Shown here piece by piece: positions 60,901-64,000 of a stretch of 64,000 nucleotides of DNA. Origin of the DNA: Ignavibacteria bacterium (GTDB lineage: Bacteria; Bacteroidota; Ignavibacteria; Kapaibacteriales; UBA2268); the NCBI GenBank assembly GCA_012518115.1, contig JAAYTD010000013.1, forward strand, positions 64,179 through 128,178. Reading direction: 5' to 3'. Positions within the stretch are counted from its first letter, which is position 1. Every line of letters starts with the position of its first letter. Both the position numbers and the translations under genes were made by a program. Below the pieces are notes generated by a model that saw only the letters and a list, made by a program, of their open reading frames with translations, had not been told where the DNA came from and made no database searches.

Positions 60901-62818
60901 CTTTGCAGAAACTTATCCAAGCGCAGAAAGAGTTGGAAATAGAATTAAATTTGACGTTATTAGTATTGATGAAGAAAAAATAGGCGGTCTATACAACTTT
61001 GATCTATTTGCTATTGATGAAGATAGAGCTTCGCAACTCTTTGCAGGCGATACTTTAGAACTTGAGTTTAATGTGTTACCTCAAATGTTCCCTATAAGAG
61101 TTAGTAGCAACCAACAAGCGGCACCTATTCCATTTGGAGTTTATGCGGTAGAAGCCAAGATTACAAATTTATCTAAAGATAGTGCTGAAGTATTTAGATC
61201 ACAACTTTTCTTAGAGCCAAACAATTGTAACTTAGCTTATTCTGATTTATATACTGAATATTCTGGTTTAAGAGTTATGGCTGATTCGGCTATAGTTGAT
61301 GAAATAACAGGTGATACACTTACTTATGGATTAATGACGAACGATAGTGTTGTTACATTTAACAGTTTCTTTACAACAGGTGATTTTAAATCTAGAGACT
61401 ATTGCTATGCGAGAGGTTTCTATCCTGAGGCTTACGGTACTTTAGGCTTAAATTTCTATTCAGCTATACAACAATTTGGTGGTATTTACCGTCCAGCTAA
61501 AGCAGAAATAATAAGTTCAAATGCAACTACGGTAATTAATCCGTTACCACTTAGTATGCCTGGTGATACTTCTTCTAACAACATGATTCTTTCAACTAGA
61601 GCAGTAGGAAATGAAATGCTATTGTCGGGCTTTCACGATGGAGCTATACAGCAATTTTACGCAAATCCTGTTTACGGAAGATTTAACAATGGACCTGGTA
61701 TTTACGAAGTAGAATTTTTAGAAGGCGGTGAAGAAGAACTTGAGTTAGTTTGGCAAAACGGTAATGCTACTAAAAAAGTTCGTGCTAAATATCTAATTCC
61801 AAAAATTACTAATACAATGACTTACAAGAGACCTGCACCAGATAGAAGTGATGTTGATTCTGTAGAAGTTAGGTATAATCCTAATATAGAATATATTGAT
61901 CTTCCTGTGCAATATGAGCCAGCTCCTATAGTTAAAAACAGATTTAATTACATAAGAATGCCGTTCCCATTCCCTACAAATCTGCCGCTTGAAGGTAGAG
62001 ATGCAAAAGAAATGATAGGTAAATTTAATCTTTATGCACAATGTTATGTAAATGCAAGAAATGCTACACCGTTGACAGGTGGAAGAACAGCTGCTGAAGA
62101 TAAAAAAGTCTTGAAAAAATATGGAATTGAAGGTGGAGCATTTTTCGTAGGAACACCAGGTAGATATTATGTATCATTTAAAGATAATGAAAATACTTAT
62201 GATTTCGTACATACATTCAATATATCCGGTGCTCAATTTGTTGCCGATTATTTAATGAAAGGTGTACGTGGTTCAAACAGACAACCTTACGACAGATACG
62301 ATCAACCTTACTTGCAAAATCCTATGCCAAGTGCAGCTGATGCTGTTTATGGCGCAGATTTTAAAGCAGGTGATAAGATTAGATTTACAACACGCGGTGG
62401 AGCGCTCGGTTTCCCAGCGGACGGTGCAAAAGTTAGATTCGCTGTTTCAGAAACTAAGCCTGATAAATATACAGATGAAATGTTAGATAACATTAAAGTA
62501 GTTCCTAACCCTTATGTAGTTTCACATCAAGGACAAAAATCACCTTATGGCGCTAAATTGTATTTTACTAAACTTCCAGAAGAATGTACTATAAGAATTT
62601 ATACTGCTTCCGGTGACTTAGTAGAAACTATTAACTATAATGAAGCTTTAACAGGTGATGATGATGGAAAATATGGCGTAGCAATATGGGATTTACTTAC
62701 TAAAAACGGTCAACGTGTGCAAAGCCAAACACTCGTTGCTTTAATTGAAACACCTGATGGCGCAACAACAAAAAGAGAATTTTCTATTGTTGTAGGTGGA
62801 TTTAGAATTATAGACTAA
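57929..62818 (+). CDS. Very large secreted protein (1629 aa) with T9SS-type C-terminal sorting domain; function unknown
   Basis: Signal peptide MTKIKIILSLFVCFLLGSYASYA. C-terminal ~100 aa VVPNPYVVSHQG...CTIRIYTASGDLVETINYNE...GVAIWDLLTKNGQRVQSQTLVALIETPDG...FSIVVGGFRIID is CTD-like; 26-nt gap to the upstream receptor gene. Confidence 0.65.
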   Translation: MTKIKIILSLFVCFLLGSYASYADVAPEYRKADNELQRRVYGYYDLQRNTVSNIEFAITNTGSLFYDQEKRRGTGIWPRGSLNYYVFGGGIWVGAQKKKYLQDEQGNYIDSTYTDTIVSWDRTKPEIVNGDTVGFAMKTEYIEKTVRKFEAQTIMEVTYNPNNAATFMTPGRMEDGDNANTTNTSKYRLFFSIDYSTGDGSPLEEESGPVWPIWDSSSDPEDSLKYDRYFGWYIHDESKRSLDVYPRGPAFISEEDIFCTYKDTDLTRYYGFGGPSTLKAKGYPLNIQYEQMVYSWSFGDYRDFIFIKYEQQNLGTDTLWNMWLAPVFDVDIAFANNPRQGAGNDRCSFYGMEGRLLPELPDPEKAKKNFAYQFSDGDMGEQGRGFGYVGFVFLESPAVIHEYEDYDEYSGKTLKIKTDSVGFVRKDKKFYTTDEQLGLVTYRNWSIENDVTEDFKMYQYISEGVTDGDTGPGDKRYMMATGPFHLRPGDTSRTVVGLVLAGTGKGGDADGTDADLAELVRKVDFAQSVYDNNFRAPQPPWRSKITEWIPLNNGMIIKWDEEAEASEDRYEAGLDFMGYKIYRARRSNLDTFDVDNTSPSTRYPSGKGPFGWRLIAQYELPKPFAKSLVPAYGPRVTGGERGAQEFSGIDSLMVVGPVWVNKDSLDINAIRVMRVPQGMYFYPPNVLFNSMVENNGAAQFPKLAATGFFEDNEYGNRIVPIINSVDTIGSIYTKPWGPYFNKMVKEKGIKFPMYYKGQHNYLLDSVLTGVIHLNQSLAKLNPLFYQHKKVQISADRYKELIADTVDIGEVWVIKEIKRDTTINGKPETILIKQKIEIDTLYNLSTFAPTTAGGNLIYTIDALILQRDKDGKKDFSKMLRSWDHFTLVRDSIYSYISKGWVREISFNDFAGSDKVKKEVIMPYMKEITNDRTFIDIGDDNRDAYFTLNEDISKTEKLFNNVEYFYKVIAYDEGDFLQPTPIKRNEAVPGLPNFAETYPSAERVGNRIKFDVISIDEEKIGGLYNFDLFAIDEDRASQLFAGDTLELEFNVLPQMFPIRVSSNQQAAPIPFGVYAVEAKITNLSKDSAEVFRSQLFLEPNNCNLAYSDLYTEYSGLRVMADSAIVDEITGDTLTYGLMTNDSVVTFNSFFTTGDFKSRDYCYARGFYPEAYGTLGLNFYSAIQQFGGIYRPAKAEIISSNATTVINPLPLSMPGDTSSNNMILSTRAVGNEMLLSGFHDGAIQQFYANPVYGRFNNGPGIYEVEFLEGGEEELELVWQNGNATKKVRAKYLIPKITNTMTYKRPAPDRSDVDSVEVRYNPNIEYIDLPVQYEPAPIVKNRFNYIRMPFPFPTNLPLEGRDAKEMIGKFNLYAQCYVNARNATPLTGGRTAAEDKKVLKKYGIEGGAFFVGTPGRYYVSFKDNENTYDFVHTFNISGAQFVADYLMKGVRGSNRQPYDRYDQPYLQNPMPSAADAVYGADFKAGDKIRFTTRGGALGFPADGAKVRFAVSETKPDKYTDEMLDNIKVVPNPYVVSHQGQKSPYGAKLYFTKLPEECTIRIYTASGDLVETINYNEALTGDDDGKYGVAIWDLLTKNGQRVQSQTLVALIETPDGATTKREFSIVVGGFRIID

Positions 62819-62827
62819 TAATCAAAT

Positions 62828-62866
62828 TCGGAGGGAGAGTTACTTTCTCCTTCCGAAGATTATTTA
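62828..62866 (+). terminator. Hairpin (TCGGAGGGAGAG-ttac-TTTCTCCTTCCGA) with T-rich tail after the 1629-aa gene
   Basis: Seen in sequence; ~12-bp stem with two G-U pairs. Confidence 0.5.
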
Positions 62867-62898
62867 TTTAAATAATTAAATTGGAGAAAATACATAAA

Positions 62899-63945
62899 AT
62901 GAAAAAAATATTTTCAATAGCTTTAAGTTTATCTTTATTTGTGCTCCTACCGATAGCAAGTAAAGCAGAAGGTGGACCTGTGCATGGCTCCTCAACAGGA
63001 GGTGCTTATGCTAAAGTCGGTCTGACAGGCGGACAATTCCTTAAAATACCTCACGGAGCAAGAGGTACAGGTATGGCTGGCTGTGTTTCTACAACAACTG
63101 ATGACTTATCATCAGTATTTTGGAATCCTGCAGGAATAGCAGATATTAAATCTCTATCCGCTTCTTTTGACTATACAGATTGGTTTGCAGGTTTTTCTCA
63201 TAATTATGCTGCAGTAGCTACACCATTCGGAGAAAACTTTGCTTTAGCGGTACATTTTACAAACCTAGCTAGTGGCGATATGGAATATACTACTATGGAA
63301 AATCCTGAAGGATTGAATAGATTCTTCTCCGCAAACGATGTTTCTATGGGATTAACATTTGCAGGATATTTGACAGACCAATTCTCATTCGGTGCTACTT
63401 TCAGATATTTAGATAATTCTATTTCCGATATGAACGCTTCAGGTTTTGCTTTTGATGTAGGTACAATTTATCGAACAGGAATACAAGGAATTACGTTGGG
63501 AGTTTCTTTACACGGATTAACTTCTGATCTTACATATTCAGGTAAAAACTTAAATACAACTCATTCATTGTACCCAGCTAATTGGGCAACAGATGTTGAC
63601 GTAGCAATAACTCCGGCAGCTTTTAATATACCGTTGTTATTCCGTGCTGGCGTTTCTGCAGATATTTATAAACACGATGTTCATAAGCTAATAGGTGCTT
63701 TTGACTTTACTACTTGTTCAGATACTCCAGAACAATTTGCTGTTGGTGCTGAATATGTATGGAACGACCTAATATCTGCAAGACTTGGATATAGATTAGG
63801 ACACGATTCTTTCGGATTTGCAGGAGGTATCGGAGTGAAATATCTAACTGGTAATTTTTCGGGAAGAATAGATTATTCTATACAACCGACAAATACTTTA
63901 GGATTAGTTAATAGACTTTCCGTATATATAGATTTAGGAAGATAA
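62899..63945 (+). CDS. PorV/FadL-like outer-membrane beta-barrel protein (UPF0164-like; candidate T9SS shuttle)
   Basis: Signal peptide. N-terminal motif GGQFLKIPHGARGTGMAGCVSTTTDDLSSVFWNPAGIA resembles the GARxxxMGGA...NPAGL signature of PorV/LptO-family barrels; alternating strand pattern; terminal aromatic. Start at the ATG following a GGAG RBS (tracked ORF begins on TTG at 62881). Confidence 0.5.
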   Translation: MKKIFSIALSLSLFVLLPIASKAEGGPVHGSSTGGAYAKVGLTGGQFLKIPHGARGTGMAGCVSTTTDDLSSVFWNPAGIADIKSLSASFDYTDWFAGFSHNYAAVATPFGENFALAVHFTNLASGDMEYTTMENPEGLNRFFSANDVSMGLTFAGYLTDQFSFGATFRYLDNSISDMNASGFAFDVGTIYRTGIQGITLGVSLHGLTSDLTYSGKNLNTTHSLYPANWATDVDVAITPAAFNIPLLFRAGVSADIYKHDVHKLIGAFDFTTCSDTPEQFAVGAEYVWNDLISARLGYRLGHDSFGFAGGIGVKYLTGNFSGRIDYSIQPTNTLGLVNRLSVYIDLGR

Positions 63946-64000
63946 TATATAAATTAATCTAAAAAAAACACTAACTGTCGCAATTAACTTTGCGACAGTT

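Noticed and set aside
1-64000. Search for mobile elements (transposases, integrases, phage genes) and classical defense systems (RM, TA, Cas, Abi)
   Set aside because: No ORF showed DDE/HTH transposase, tyrosine or serine recombinase, nuclease or methyltransferase motifs. The only mobile-like signal is the non-coding palindromic repeat family.

Overview
This 64-kb window comes from a low-GC (roughly 30% GC) bacterial chromosome. Three proteins carry Por/T9SS-type C-terminal sorting domains and the last gene encodes a PorV-like barrel protein, so an origin in the Fibrobacteres-Chlorobi-Bacteroidetes group is plausible. Most of the window is housekeeping: purB, rocA (P5C dehydrogenase), kdsC, a ytxH/DUF948 pair, nusA-infB, pyrC, lemA with a DUF3137-like neighbour, pntAA-pntAB-pntB, rplJ-rplL-tRNA-Trp-rpoB, valS, cca, a MATE pump, a TlpA-like thioredoxin and an arginase-family gene. 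Four things stand out. (1) An ~11-kb head-to-tail array of seven paralogous genes (34151-45248) sits immediately after rpoB, where rpoC would normally be. Each protein is 13-26 copies of a 24-aa Cys-containing repeat (ELCxxAVKxNGxALEYVPEELKT, DUF4116-like), with near-identical N- and C-termini and identical spacers, and one member is frameshifted at a poly-A tract. (2) pntB encodes three diverged tandem copies of the NADP(H)-binding dIII domain. (3) A 1083-aa LRR protein is built from three tandem LRR super-domains and ends in a T9SS sorting domain. (4) A family of GC-rich palindromic REP/BIME-like mosaic repeats occupies three intergenic junctions. No CRISPR array, transposase or classical defense genes were seen. 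All calls rest on reading the translations by eye and remembered family signatures; none has been checked by HMM or BLAST.
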